DNA of 52,358 nucleotides, filler included, from Bipalium vagum (lineage: Eukaryota), in assembly GCA_037834085.1 (NCBI GenBank). It is 3 parts of 3 records of this genome, joined end to end, with 100 filler letters (N's around TTAATTAATTAA, not from the genome) between each part and the next. Parts side by side here need not be neighbours in the genome. Positions count along the whole stretch, not along the records: positions 1 to 20,229 come from JBBMKC010254257.1; 2 more parts are not named here. One strand, written 5' to 3'. Each line of letters begins with the position of its first letter. Positions within the stretch are counted from its first letter, which is position 1. The translations under genes and the position numbers were made by a program. The notes under the pieces were generated by a model that saw nothing but the letters and a program-made list of their open reading frames with translations, made no database searches and was not told the DNA's origin. This document shows positions 1 to 13,100 of this stretch, one piece after another.

Positions 1-318
1 ATCGAAAACTAGAAATTATTTAAAAGTTAAAAGCCATACACCAATAGTGTTGCGAGCTAATGTCGTGTACCAATTTAAATATGACTATTAATATATTAAA
101 TAAATATAATTTTATACCAATAAAGATAATTTATCCTTATGATTATGTTCAAGGAGTAAACTTTAATGTTACCCAATTATTTTATTATGAACATCGTCGT
201 AACACTTAGCTTGCAAAGTTTACTGGCCCTTTCATTTTGTCAATACGTGTACGCAATGAATGAATCAAAGCAATTACGAACAACACTTTATTACTATAAT
301 AACAATAACAACGCAATG

Positions 319-875
319 TGTCAGATAATCAATAAAAATTTCTTCAATCAAATGTTCAATAGTCAATCGCACTAAAAATTAATTAATAATAATCAATTGA
401 ATAATTAAATCAAATAACAATAAAAAAAATTAAATGCCAAAATCAAATGTCAATTAAATAAAAAACACAAAGTGTAGATACTCTCACTAGTTGTGACGAC
501 GAGAGGTCCAAAGAGTGGTTTGCTGAGCAAAATCCGGGTTGCTCAGAGACCTCCTAACAGTACAGGACCCGCCGTGAGCTCCTGTCGCAGAGAGGGCATA
601 AGGAATTATTACTAAATACCAAATGACGCAAATATTGTAGTCTTCTAACGAATATCGTAGTCACGAACGAAAATTTCTCTTGGAGAATTTTATGGCAATT
701 CACTACATATTCCAACTCCTTACATACTCTTCTGGTCAGACGATTAATCAATCGTAGACCAGCTTTATCAACGGGGAATGTCAATTCCCTTTTAGCTCGT
801 TAATTCTAAATCGGTCCGTCCTTGCGGGCCCTGATCTAATCTTGGCAATTTAGGTTCGCCATTGTCAAGATTACA
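319..875 (-). mobile_element. Solo-LTR-like segment 1
   Basis: Minus strand starts TGTAAT and ends TGACA. Two palindromes (774-789, 732-762) precede a TATA-like GTATGTAAGG, followed by a GC-rich structured stretch. No TSD seen. Confidence 0.5.
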
Positions 876-1299
876 TCATTTTTAGGAAATAATTAATTGC
901 CCCTTTTTTGTTTTAATAAATGTTGCACTTTTTAATTCAGTATTCTGCTTTATATACAAATATTTTAAAAAAATATATATTTATTTAAAATATATTAATT
1001 GTAATAAACCTGTTGCCCAATAGTAAATTACATTTTTTAATTCTGTTAATTATATTAAGGTACCTTCAAAAAAGAAATGTTTTCTGATGAACACTAAAAA
1101 ATTATATTTTATCCAATTCTTATTATAACTCCAGCCAAGATTATACTTATTTTTACTTGTTTTCTTTACAATCCTTTACCTTGTTAAGCAATGCATTTTC
1201 TATCATTCGTTTGATAAATCAGACGTGCTTTTACTAATAAAAAATTAAATATTAGCATTTTAAGTTATCAAGACTGCTAATTGTTCCCCTGGGTCAATT

Positions 1300-1954
1300 A
1301 AGAATAGAAAGATAATTATGATGCTGGACAATTGCAGTTCTCATATTGACATAGAGTTATCTAATGTCAAATTGATATTTTTACCTGTTAACACCACCAG
1401 TCTTATTCAATCATTGGATGCTGGCATAATAAAAATTTTTAAAGATAACTACAAAAATTATTAATGGATAGGATCATGTTTTCAGAATCCAGTAACATTC
1501 CAAAGATAATGAAGTCTATAACAATATTGGATGCAATAATGTGGTCTAAGATTGCATTACATCAGATAGCTATAAGTAGTATAACGAAATGTTTTGAAAC
1601 AATACTAAATTTATATGATCGGGATTCGAAACAAGAACTTGTCAGAATTGAAACTGAAGATTTCTACAACATTATTGAACATGAAATAAATGATGTTATG
1701 ATGTATGATTTAAAAAAAATATGCTACTGAATACTGCCCTGATAATTTAAAGAGTATATACTTGCTAGAAAGTACGCTCATGCAGTCGTCAAGTCACAAA
1801 ATGAAAATATATTAAGATATTTCTTGAAATAAATGTTTGACATACCAATTCTGCTTTTAATTTTATTATTCTTTACATTTTTTTTAGAAAAGGTATCACC
1901 TCTCAAAATGTGACCAGCACTTTAAAAAGTGGTCTCTTTTGAGAAATCCTATTG
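1300..1954 (+). mobile_element. pogo/Tigger transposase 3' relic
   Basis: Translates KIIMMLDNCSSHIDIELSNVKLIFLPVNTTSLIQSLDAGIIKIFK (DDE_1 signature) and continues into ORF 1464-1730; TIR-like end ...CTATTG|TA. Confidence 0.8.
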
Positions 1955-2529
1955 TATTTGGGTTTTCCCACATCAGTATTTTTTAATTTTTCTTCAGTAA
2001 TTTCATTATTCATTTTTTTAATGAATAATTTAGAAAAAAAAATTATTTAATATGACTTTCAGTGGATTTTTAAATAATCCACTAAAAATATATTATTCAC
2101 TAGCTTGGTTAGGAGAAATTCCAGTTAAACTATGAATTTTATTATTGTAAAAATTATTTAAGTTTGGTAAAAGATGTTACCATTTTCCATTTCCTTTTCT
2201 GTAAATTTTTTAGAGTTTTATCAAATCTTTCTATAACAATTTTTTCTTCTTTTTCTGTAGAATTAATTTCTATTTCGCTTCTTTAAAACATTTTTGAATT
2301 AAATATATTTTTTCTATTAGATATTTATATGTAGTTTAATATTTATTTATTTTAATTTCTTTTTAATTAAGCTACATGTGATATTCAAAAATCAAATATA
2401 TTCAAAACTAAAAATTTATGTATATATTTAATCTACCAGATAGGACATCTTTAAATCTATAAACTCATAAAATTCCAACTAAATGTCTTTAACAGGACAA
2501 ATTTTTTAAGCATTAAAAGTTAAAATATA

Positions 2530-2720
2530 CAGGGTGTCCATAAAAGAATCGTACAAAAGTGAAAATTTAATATTATTATGAAATGAATAAATTACATAAT
2601 TTATTTACATAGACAATTAACAGATCTATATGGTATATTTATAACATTAATCATTATCAATACATTTCAAGATGAGAGTGTAGTGTGTCAGCCCAGGTGT
2701 TTTGCAGAATTTTATGGAGT
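2530..2720 (-). mobile_element. maT/DD37D-like transposon end fragment
   Basis: TA|CAGGGTGTCC terminus; weak transposase C-terminal trace (ILQNTW...HLE) on the minus strand. Confidence 0.4.
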
Positions 2721-3169
2721 ATTTTTATAATACCATATTCAATAAATTCAATAATGATCGGATCATTATTGAAATTTAATTATGATATAGACAATATAAA
2801 TAATTCTTTAAAATAATAGATTTAAATTAAAGATTTTTCTAAACAAATATTTTTGCACAATATTAGCGGTTAGTGTTTGGTTTTTTTAACTAACGATCCA
2901 AGAGTTGGTTGAATTTTTTTGTTCGGGTAAGATTTCATGATTTCAAAATTTCCAAGTCATTTTTCATTTTTATCTAATTGTTTGTTATTTATTGACTTCA
3001 TATTTTAATTATGATACTGATTTCATTATTTTATTTAACTTATTTATTGAACTATCGATCTATTTTTATTGCTATTGATTTATATTCTTTTTGGGTATAC
3101 TTATTTTTTACATTGGTTTCGAGTGATAGTTGACCTATCTGAATTGATGATTGTGGAACATTCAACAAT

Positions 3170-4515
3170 TGTGTATTTCTGTGGAGACTCCCAGGTTCGG
3201 TCCCAAATTCAATCCCAAATCCAATCTCAAATTTTAAAAACAATAAATGACAATTTTGTGCTTTAAAAAAAATTCTAGTATTTTAGTGTTTTTTATGTTT
3301 ATGTTTTTGTGTTGTATAAAAATATTTTTTTTATTTTTATATAAATATAATTTTTATTTTTATATAAATATAATTTTTATTTTTATATAAATATAATTTT
3401 TATTTTTATGTAAAGTTAAAACCAAAAGTTTAATTAATTATCCTTCCTATCTAAAATATAAAATAAAATATAAAATTATAGTAAAAATTTTTAACATGAA
3501 ATCTAAAAATAGTAACATAAAGCTACTATAATTAAAAATACAGAAAAATAAAATAATATAAAAACTGAAGTATTTCAGTATCAAAACTCACAAAAAAGAC
3601 AGAATAAAAGCGAACAAGAGTTCTAAAGAATAACTCAGTCAGGAAGAGCAAGCGGACTAAAACCAACAATCAATATTCGAATCAAAATTAATCAGAAGGG
3701 CGCAATAGACACAAATAAACCTGAAGACGCAGATAGCCAGAGGAAAGCAGCAGACTCTAATCTAGAACAAATAACGGACTATTAAACCATTCGTCTCGGT
3801 GACTAACTTCAAGAAGAAATCTTCAATAATTAGTAAATTATTTTATTTGATAAGTTTATTAGATTTGATTATAAATCTAAATAAACTTTTATTATTAAAC
3901 TAAATAAAAATAAAATAAATATTTGGTCTCACATTGTTCACTGCTGAACCGATTACCAAATAAATAATAATAATTCAAAACAAAAATTAAAAAACTATAA
4001 TTCGATTACGAATTTTAAGTTATTAATTAAATTAAATAAATACTAAGGATTGGACAGATACTCCAATACCTTAAATAAAATAAATAAGATCAAATAATTG
4101 TTATCTTTTTTCTTACTTCCCAGTATTTTCTTTTTTTGTGTTCTTCACATCTAGTAGGACAGAGAACCGAATTTTTATCTGAGGGCCCTTGAGAGTAAAA
4201 TACCGAAGGGTGATCTAACTTTTCTTTTAACTCTTTATCTCGGGTCTTAACTCAAAAGTAAAATTGCATTAAAATATAAAGTTGTTAGATTTATATAAAA
4301 TATATTTTTTAAAACAACGTGTTAGCTCAGTTGATCGATTAAAAGTTTATCGTGTCTCGTTTTAAAAGTTAAAAAGTTTTGCAAACAATATTTGTTTAAA
4401 AGGTTCAAGCTTAGTAATCAACATTTTTATTGTCACTCAAATTTTAACTTCGAACGTATGCGCACTAAATCCTTTTGAATTTACATAAAGTTTATGTTAA
4501 GTTCCTAAAAAGTCC
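3170..4515 (+). repeat. Composite repeat copy A (unknown repeat plus mariner 5' end)
   Basis: Reverse-complement similarity to about 20450-21735. Core 4115-4260 is nearly identical to 20700-20850 (gtaggac.gagaaccgaattttt.tctgaggg.ccttgagagta.aatac.gaagggtgatct.acttttctt). Confidence 0.75.
3328..3413. repeat. 23-bp minisatellite, about 3.7 copies
   Basis: TTTTTATTTTTATATAAATATAA repeated in tandem. Confidence 0.85.
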
Positions 4516-6011
4516 TCTATCGATCTTCTTAACCCGATTAAATATTAGCAATCATTTTCATTTTCATATTATATTATCTTTTTAATAATCTTTTTCTAAT
4601 AAAGGTTTATTGTTGAACTGATTATTTTTCTTTTATCATTAATACAAATTCATACTAGTTTAATAATATATTGACAAAGGATTGTGTCAACAATTCTTTT
4701 TCTTACTAGTCAGATGCCTTAGTTTATAACAAATCATTCTAGAATTTTTCATGAAAAAACTATTTCTCAATAAACTTTTACATAATTTTGTTATTGCAAT
4801 CCACTATCATGACGTTCGTTGCAGAAAAAATTATAATATTAACGAAATCATTATTTTAATGGGATAAAGAAAATGGTTTTCATTTTTTGTTATATTAAAC
4901 GAGTCATGACATTAAGAAAGGTGATATTAAGTAACTTACAATATATATTATTAACTTGATAAATTATTTCCATATTTTGCGCATATATTCTGTACCCCAA
5001 ATAATTTGACTTTTCAGGAGAATAAAAGCTATATTTCTCTTAATCATTCACTTAAAATATAAAAAAGAATGGAAAGATGAATGAACAAAGCAAATCATTC
5101 TTTTACTGCTTTAACGAAAAGCAAGTTATTCAGAAATTTGTACTTCGATAACATAAATGTCTGGAATGTTATATCTCCAAGCTTGATAATTAATGGATTT
5201 ATAAAATCTGGTATAATAAACAATTATGATCTACATGAAGATTGTGACAATTCATATCTGAAATTGAAGAGGAGTTTGATTTCAGTGGATTTACATCATA
5301 AGTCAATTTAAAATAGTTATAAATAAATTATTAAAATATGTTGCGTAATATTTTTTGCTGAATTATTTACGTATCATCCAGATTTGGTAAAACTTACCAA
5401 TAAACCAGTAATGTTTATTGTAGAAAATGTTTAAACCGTGAGATAAATGTGCGGTATTTATTGATAATTTTAATGCTCATTATATTGAAGAACACATTTA
5501 TCAAAGAATTTCTGAAATTATGAAATTAAATTTAAATATATGTGTACATGTTTCTTGAGAAAACGAAACAGAAAGATTGACTAAATAAATAAAAATAAGT
5601 AAGCATATATATGTAGAAATAAGTATAAAATATCAGATGAAGTTAAAATTAAATTTATTTTGACCACGATCTTTTATTGTTTCTGATTTTGAGCAGGATG
5701 AAATTAAAAGTATTTTTTGGTTATTAATCCAATAATATTAAAGTCATTGATAAATAGGACTTAATTTTCTTTGTTTTTTCTGTAAATCAATTAGATGGAG
5801 TTGAAATAATCTTTTTATTCTATAAAAAATTTTAAATGCGTTGATTTCGCCAAAGGCACGAACCATAGACTTGGAGATCACCAAGAGCCAATAATAATAA
5901 AGTTTTAATTAAAAAACAATTTTATGGGAAAATTGAATAATTTATTATAATATTATCTCGCAGTCAAGATAATTATTTTTTTATTAATTGTATTATTATT
6001 ATTATTATATA

Positions 6012-6636
6012 AGTAATTTTATCTCGACATCGATATATTAAAAAAAACTAAATATCCTAATTAATGGCTATTAGAGGAAATAGCCTTTCAAACTTAGAGA
6101 TTAACGGTCGTAGACCAATCTCTATTACTATATAAGGAAAAGAATTCAATCACAAATTCACTTTAAAAAGATTGCACAATTTTTTTCCTGTTTAAGTGAA
6201 TCAATAAAATTTTTTGTCTGAGAACAGTACGAGGAAGATCTGAGATATTTTCGTTCGAAAATTATTTTTTTATCGACAATTCAGAAATTTTTTATTATTA
6301 TGGCGTATTCGCAGCAGGATCTTACAATGGGACTCATCGAATTTAGAATCCCCAGGTGACCGAACAGGGCATAGCGGATGACTCGAGCACCCATTTATTG
6401 ATATTTTTCGTGAACTTTGAAGATTTATCTTGATCTCAATGATTATTGCAAATTGTTATAACAGTAATGAAGTTTTCTGTGATTGTTCTGATTCACTTTG
6501 GTGAGAACCGAAAAATGATTTTTATTGGGGTTATTTTGATTCAACAAAGGATAGGTTTTTGTAATAGTTTAAATCAAACGAACCAGATACTAACGAAGTG
6601 TGAGGTAAAAGTTATAAATAGAGGAAAATAGTAACA
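6012..6636 (+). mobile_element. Solo-LTR-like segment 2
   Basis: Homologous to the minus strand of 52170-52285 (tatctcg.c, GGCTATT..ATAGCC, TAG.GATT..TCGTAG.CCAATC.CT, ACTATATAA). AATAAA near 6203; ends GTAACA. Confidence 0.55.
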
Positions 6637-7157
6637 AACGTAAATATCAAAATAAAATGGATATTAAAAAATCAGGCAAAAAATGAAAGTTAGAACCTTT
6701 TCAAAGAAAGTCTTCATGGCTCAATTTTTACTCGTAATGATACTCAACAGTGTCCAAAGTAATATCGATAATTATTGAATTTAATTAAATTAACCATCAC
6801 CAAAATTTGTTTAACCAACTGTTTTTGCAATAAGATACTTCTAAATTTCTTTAATTCTTCCCATAGGGAGTTCCGACGGTCCCTAAATACCGGACTACGA
6901 ATAACGATTCCTCTCTCAAACTAATAAAACAACTTGCAACTGATCATTCATTTCACCATGTTATTTCATAAAAAATCTGAACATCATACTGATCACTTTA
7001 AATAATTGTTTTTCTTTCCATTATTCACTATTTCAAACACGACACACCAATCTTTCAAAGACAAATTTTCTTTCAAAACATATAAACAGTAGCCATAATT
7101 GAGAAAAGCTAAAAAATGTTTCCTAAATATCGTAAGATTACTGATTTCAAATAAATA

Positions 7158-7163
7158 TTTATT
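7158..7163 (-). terminator. Candidate polyadenylation signal of CARS1
   Basis: AATAAA about 95 nt downstream of the stop; a second AATAAA overlaps the stop codon. Confidence 0.4.
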
Positions 7164-7254
7164 GCACCAATATAGTGCACCATTCACATTTCGACATGAA
7201 AAAAAGACCAATCAGTGAAAGTAAAACCGAACACCCTTCTCATATCACAACGGT

Positions 7255-8111
7255 TTATTTCTGCAGGAACTTATCGTGAAGCTTTTGCTGTTCCGCCATC
7301 AACTTTTTCAACTTGCCCGTCTTATTTTTCGACAACTCCACTCCGCTGGCGTCACGAGTTGGCAATCCTTCGTCATCGTATTCCGAATAGAGACCCTCGT
7401 ATTGTCCCTTTGAAAACATCACTTTCGGATGGATCGATGCATCGATTTTCTTTTTAACAGCGGGTTTCGATTTAGCGGAACTTGTATCACCTGCCTTGGA
7501 CGTTTTCTTGTCTTGAGCCCACACCGGGATCAACCCAACGGCCGAATACTGATCGTCCGTGTCCTGCAATCGAATACCGATTGAAGCCAGACTTGTGTCG
7601 CGGAGAAGGTCACACTCCTGCAAAAACGAGCGCCACTTCATTTTAATTGACACGGCTCGGATATTCTGTCGCAGACTGGCAATGGAATCGAGGAATTTGT
7701 CCAATCGGTATTTCGAACATGGTACTCCATCCAAAATCCCGTTTTCAACGACCATGGATTCCAAATCGATATCAGCTTTTCGACATTCATCGAAAAACCC
7801 AGAAACAATAGGCAATATGACTTCCTTATTATCATCGACCAACAACTTGTTGATTGAACCAACGAATTCCTTGGCAACAGTGATTGCACCGTTCATAATG
7901 ATTGCCAAGTCACGTTCATTGTAATGGATGAGACCGAACTCATCACATTGATCAGCCACTCCAAAAATGAACAGCATTTCGTACAAATATTTGGCAATTT
8001 CTTTCAACGAAGTTGCAGAGGAATTTTTTGCTCCTGATGTTGTATAGTGTAGGTTGCCTATGGTAACCAAATCTTTCATAATGAACATCACTTCTCTAGT
8101 ATCGATGGAAT
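7255..8111 (-). CDS. CARS1: Cysteinyl-tRNA synthetase, cytoplasmic, exon 2 (anticodon-binding and C-terminal region)
   Basis: Acceptor tttgttcccag|AT; splicing restores EALC-D-SIDTR. Contains CDLLRDTSLASIGIRLQD and the eukaryotic tail YSEYDDEGLPTRDASGVELSK..KKLKKL. Confidence 0.93.
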
Positions 8112-8166
8112 CTGGGAACAAAGAAAATTATTTTCATATTAAAGGAGGTAAAACTCAAAAACTCAC
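8112..8166 (-). other. 55-nt GT-AG intron of CARS1 (phase 1)
   Basis: G|GTGAGT donor and CCCAG| acceptor join the two ORFs in frame (1453+857=2310 nt, 769 aa). Confidence 0.9.
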
Positions 8167-9619
8167 CACACAAGGCCTCGTATACTTTTTCCTTGGCCTG
8201 TGCCAGCTTTTCTTTCAAATTGATATTTTCTGTCTCTGAGATCGATAATTTTCGCTGAAATTTTAAAACGTGTTCTACATTATAGAAAAAATCCATAATC
8301 ATTTTTTCGTAACTGATAGCAGCCGTTATGCTTTCATCGCTGTAATCCAGCGTGTCCTTCCAAGAATTGAGCAGGAACATCAGTCTCAACTGGCGAGCTG
8401 AATGTGTGGCCAGTGCCGCTTTGATGGTGATGAAGTTCTTCAAACTTTTACTCATTTTACAGCCAGATATAGTTAAATGCCCAGTGTGCAGAAAATAATT
8501 AACCCACTGAGGGCTAGAGAAGTGTGCTTCGCTTTGGGCTAATTCGTTGTCATGGTGAGGAAATTTCAAGTCCACTCCACCGGTATGAATGTCTACTGGA
8601 ACTGAACATTTATCCGAAGCCATTGCTGAGCACTCAATATGCCAACCCGGTCTCCCTTGTCCCCAAGGACTTGGCCACGAAGGCTCACCGGGCTTCGAAG
8701 ATTTCCACAATGCAAAATCATTTTCCGACCGTTTTTCGCCGGTATCAAAAACCGTCAATACACCCTCACCTTCTCGCAATAACGTTTCGTTCCCGTATGC
8801 ATTGGGAACTAACTTGGCATAATAAAATCCCGGAGTTGAGTTGAATTGTTCGGTATCGAAATACACAGATCCATTGCTTTCATAAGCAAATCCGTTGTCT
8901 ATTATCTTTTTCACAAACGAAACTATACGCTCAATGTATTCACTGACCCTAGTAAGATCATCGGGGGGTAAAATGTTGAGATTTCTCATGTCTTCCATGA
9001 AATCATTTTCATAAAAACGCGGGAGCGATTCAAAAATAGAATTGTCAACAATTGAACTGCCTCGCTCTTTGTCCAGCAAATCGGAAATTGAATCTTTAAT
9101 ACTTATTAAATCATCTTCAGACACCTTAGACTGCGATATATTTTTCAAAAATTCTTTTATATTTTTAATGCTACTTTCAAACATGTTACGCTTATCTGAA
9201 TCATTTTCTTTTCTTAACTTTTCTTCCATGTGCAAGAGAACACGTGTAATGAAATTCTGAATTTCTTCAGAACTATTTTCTGATATTGCACTGGACAAAT
9301 ATTCATTAAATAAAAAATTTTGCCTTGCTCTTTTTATTATCTTATCATCTACATCAGTAATATTCATAACATAATGAATATCAAAATGAAAATAATTCTG
9401 CATTACTCGTCGCAAAATATCTATGGATATATATGTTCTAGCATGTCCCATATGAGAAGAATCATAAACTGTTGGACCACAACTATACCATTCAATGTAT
9501 TTACCATGACTTGGTTTAAATAATTCTTTTTGATTCGTCAAACTGTTGTAAAGTTTAATTTCTGGAAGACTGGTATCGTTAACTGGTGCGTACCAAACCG
9601 GCTTTTTTCTTTTGTCCAT
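8167..9619 (-). CDS. CARS1: Cysteinyl-tRNA synthetase, cytoplasmic, exon 1 (class I catalytic domain)
   Basis: WYSCGPTVYDSSHMGHAR (HIGH-like), NITDVDDKIIKRA, DFALWK, GRPGWHIECSAM, DLKFPHHDNE, KMSKS. Confidence 0.97.
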
Positions 9620-10199
9620 GTCTTAAAATATTTTAATTAAAATTTCATAATAAATTAAAATACTTACTTAATTTTCGTATTTTTAAATTGTTTACGAGAA
9701 AGCGTATTTGAAAATTAAATTTAATTGAAAAAATCTGAAATGATGAAATAATTTATATTAACAATTAGTGCAATAAATATTTAAACAAACCATTTGATAT
9801 TTTTAATAAAATACTTAGAATTTAAAAAGCAGTTGTATATTAAAATACTAAATATTTATTTAATCTAAAAGAGGATTTAGATTTAGGAAATAAAAAATAT
9901 AAAAAGTTTAAATATTCTTTATTAATTTATATTCAAAATGAATCTATTAAAATTAAAAAATACAAAAGAATATTAATTTTCTTGTTATAATAAAAAGCGG
10001 TTAAAATAATATTAAAATATTTTAATGATCCAAAAAAAAAGCTGAATTTTAAACTTTTAGAAAATTTAGTATTTTACACTGGATCAATTAAATACAATAA
10101 AATATCAAAATAGTAAAATAAAAACTGAAATCACAATTCTTTTGGCTTATATCATGACTTATAAAATAAACTTTGTTTAAGATTTATGGTTCTGAATTG

Positions 10200-13100
10200 T
10201 CTTTCTAACCATTTGTATTGTGATGGTATGAACTCGAAAAACAGAGATTGGCATTAAATCTCTTTTCAAAATCCTTCATGCCTTTAGATTCAAATGTTTT
10301 ACTACAATTTACATTAATGTTTTCGGATTTCCGAATTTCAGTATCCAATTATTCATAATTATCTTTTGCACAAAGTTTTCATCTTGTCTTACTATCGCGG
10401 CCTAAAATATATTTGCTATATTTATCTATAATACTAAGGATATTTTTTTCTACCTGTAGTTTCTCTTAGAGGCCCACATATATCTACATATATGTCTTCA
10501 AAAAGTTCTGACTCTTCTATCTTCTGTACCTCTTACTTGGTACTTGTTGCGATGACTTTATATGTCTGACAAGATCCACACACGTTTTAATGATCTCATG
10601 AACTTTTTCCTTTAAATTTAGAATTGTATAATTGTCTTTCATATAATAGGAAACTTTTTCAGCTCCAGTATGTGCTAACATGTGATGAGCCGACGAAACG
10701 ATATTTTTAAATGTCTTATCTTCGTACATTTAGTGTTTTCCGCACCCGTCTTCAGCTGACACCTTTCTGTTTTTACCGCGTATAAAATCTTGTCATAACT
10801 CTACCCATTTGCGGTTCTTCATACTTTGTCTGACATTGCGAGTATGTATCGCATTTCAGCATTTTTTTTTGTTTTTTGTTCATTTTTTTTGCGATCCATT
10901 TCCTGTATTCTAGTCTCACGTTTAGACTACTGAGATAATTGATCCACGTTTGAAATTGTGACGTAATTGGTTTCTTTGTTATCAGCATAAAAGTTATTGC
11001 TTTGTGATCCGAAGGTAATGTGAACCGTTTCCCATATGGTTGAAATGGTTACAAAAGTAATACACAGCCAACAGCTTTTTGCGTGTTACATAGTAACCTT
11101 TTTCATGAGCTTTCATTGAATGCGAGCCATTTGCTACCACTCTTTCGTGACCATTTGAATCTTTCTGTGACAAAACTGCCCCAATTGAGTTGAATTTTGC
11201 ATTAGTATCAAAAATGAACTCTTTCTTCATATCTAGAAAGCATAGTATTGGGCTGGATATTAGTGCCTCTTTTAGTTCTTCAAAAGCTTTATTTACTTCC
11301 AGTGTTCAAATCAATTTTTTATTACTTATTCCGCATAATCGCTTCATAGCTTTTGCTTTCTGTGTATACCCTTTTATGAATGGTCTATAGTAATTGCACA
11401 TACCCAAAAGCTCCTCAGGTTTCTTACACATTTTGATTGTGTAAATGTTCGGATAAAATCTATTTTTGATTGGTCTGTTTGAACAGCATCTTTGTTTACA
11501 ATATGGTTGAAGAATTTGACTTCCTCCTTTAATAATTAGCATTTCTCGGAATTAATTCTTAAACCTGCTTCTTTGATGCTCATTAATACTTGATTTAAGA
11601 CATTATAATGATTTTCCAAACTGCTCGTAAAAACCGGAATATCATCTAGATATATCATAGCTTCTTTGATTTTACCGATGACTTTTGTTATTACTTCTTG
11701 AAACGTTCCTGGTGCCACTGCAATGCTAATGGTATTTTATTAAATCAGTACTGTCAATCTCTAGTAGGAAAAGCAGGTTTTTCTTGCGAATATTTGTCCA
11801 ATTCAACTTGATAATAAGCATTACCCAGGTCTATTGAGCTAAAATAACGTGCTCCTTCCAACTCATCTAACATTTCGTCAACCTTTATCATTGGAAATGC
11901 TTGTCTTTCGTTCACTGCATTAGGTCTTCTAAAGTCCAGAAATATCCGAATGTCTTTCATCTCTTTTTTTCAAACGCATATCGATGGGGGTTCCAAGATG
12001 AATTACATTTTTTGATGATATTATTATCATCATAAAGATTCTTTATCGTCTCATTTATCTTTTCTTCTAAATTCATTGGTTGCCTGAATGGTTTTAAATT
12101 AATTGGCTCACCTTTTGTTTTTATTGTATGTTTTTTTAGATGGGTACATCCAAAGTCCCATTTATCGGCGATGAACGCGTCTTCGTTTACCTCAATTATC
12201 TTTCGTAATTTGACATCTTCATTAACATTTAATAATTTCAATGCTCTTTTCAGCTGTCCTTTCTGTATTGCTATACCAAATCTTCCTTCACATCACACAG
12301 CGTATTGCCCAAATCTTCTTCCTTGTTGGTTTTACTTTCATATTGTTGCTTCCAAACATATCAGATTTTTTAAAGAAATTCCATCCCACCTATCAACTCA
12401 GGAGTGATACTTTCAGCCACTATGAATCTTACTACTTTTCTATCTTGCCCAACACTGACCTCTACGTTTATTGACCCTCTTGTCTCTAAATAACTATCGT
12501 TTGCACATCTCAGTTTTTCACTGTTGAATCTTAACATCTGTCAGTTTCTGGGCAATCTTCGTGCTCATTACATTAATTCCTGCTGCCGTATCCAATAGAA
12601 TATCCAATTCAAAAAAATCACTCTTACTCTCACTTTTGAACGTCCCTGCATTCTGTCATACGAAATAACTGTCTCTTCACTTTCTACAATCGCATTCACT
12701 TGATTACAATTTTAATCTCAAATTGTTTCTTCAAAAATCTGTAAACTTTCTCTGCCTTTCGCGTCACTCCTTGATCAGTCTCAATTCTTTGGGAATATGT
12801 GTTCTTAATTTCTAGTATATGGCTCCCACTAGCTTCCCTACTAGTGAAGCCTTGTCTTTTGGGTACACCGATGCATTCTCAAATTCTTCTTTTATATATA
12901 TATATATATGTATATATAGTCTACTTTGGATATCAAATCACAACTTCACTAATAGCATTAACTCTTTTATTTCCACTGATCTCATGATTGATTTCGTACC
13001 GATTCCGGTTTCTTCTCTGACCTTTATTTACATTTGTGTAGCACTCAGAAGCTTGGTGACCATTTCTTTCACACCTTTGTCATTTGTGAACTGTGCAATT

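Noticed and set aside
3069-3266. ORF with SQIQSQIQSQI repeat
   Set aside because: Arises from a 12-bp DNA repeat inside repeat copy A; non-ATG start and no coding support.
4600-5560. Possible transposase relics (DNFNAH, W..I...F.KSGI)
   Set aside because: Probably TE debris but too decayed to delimit or classify.
7559-8844. Plus-strand ORFs overlapping CARS1
   Set aside because: Antisense shadows of a GC-richer coding sequence.
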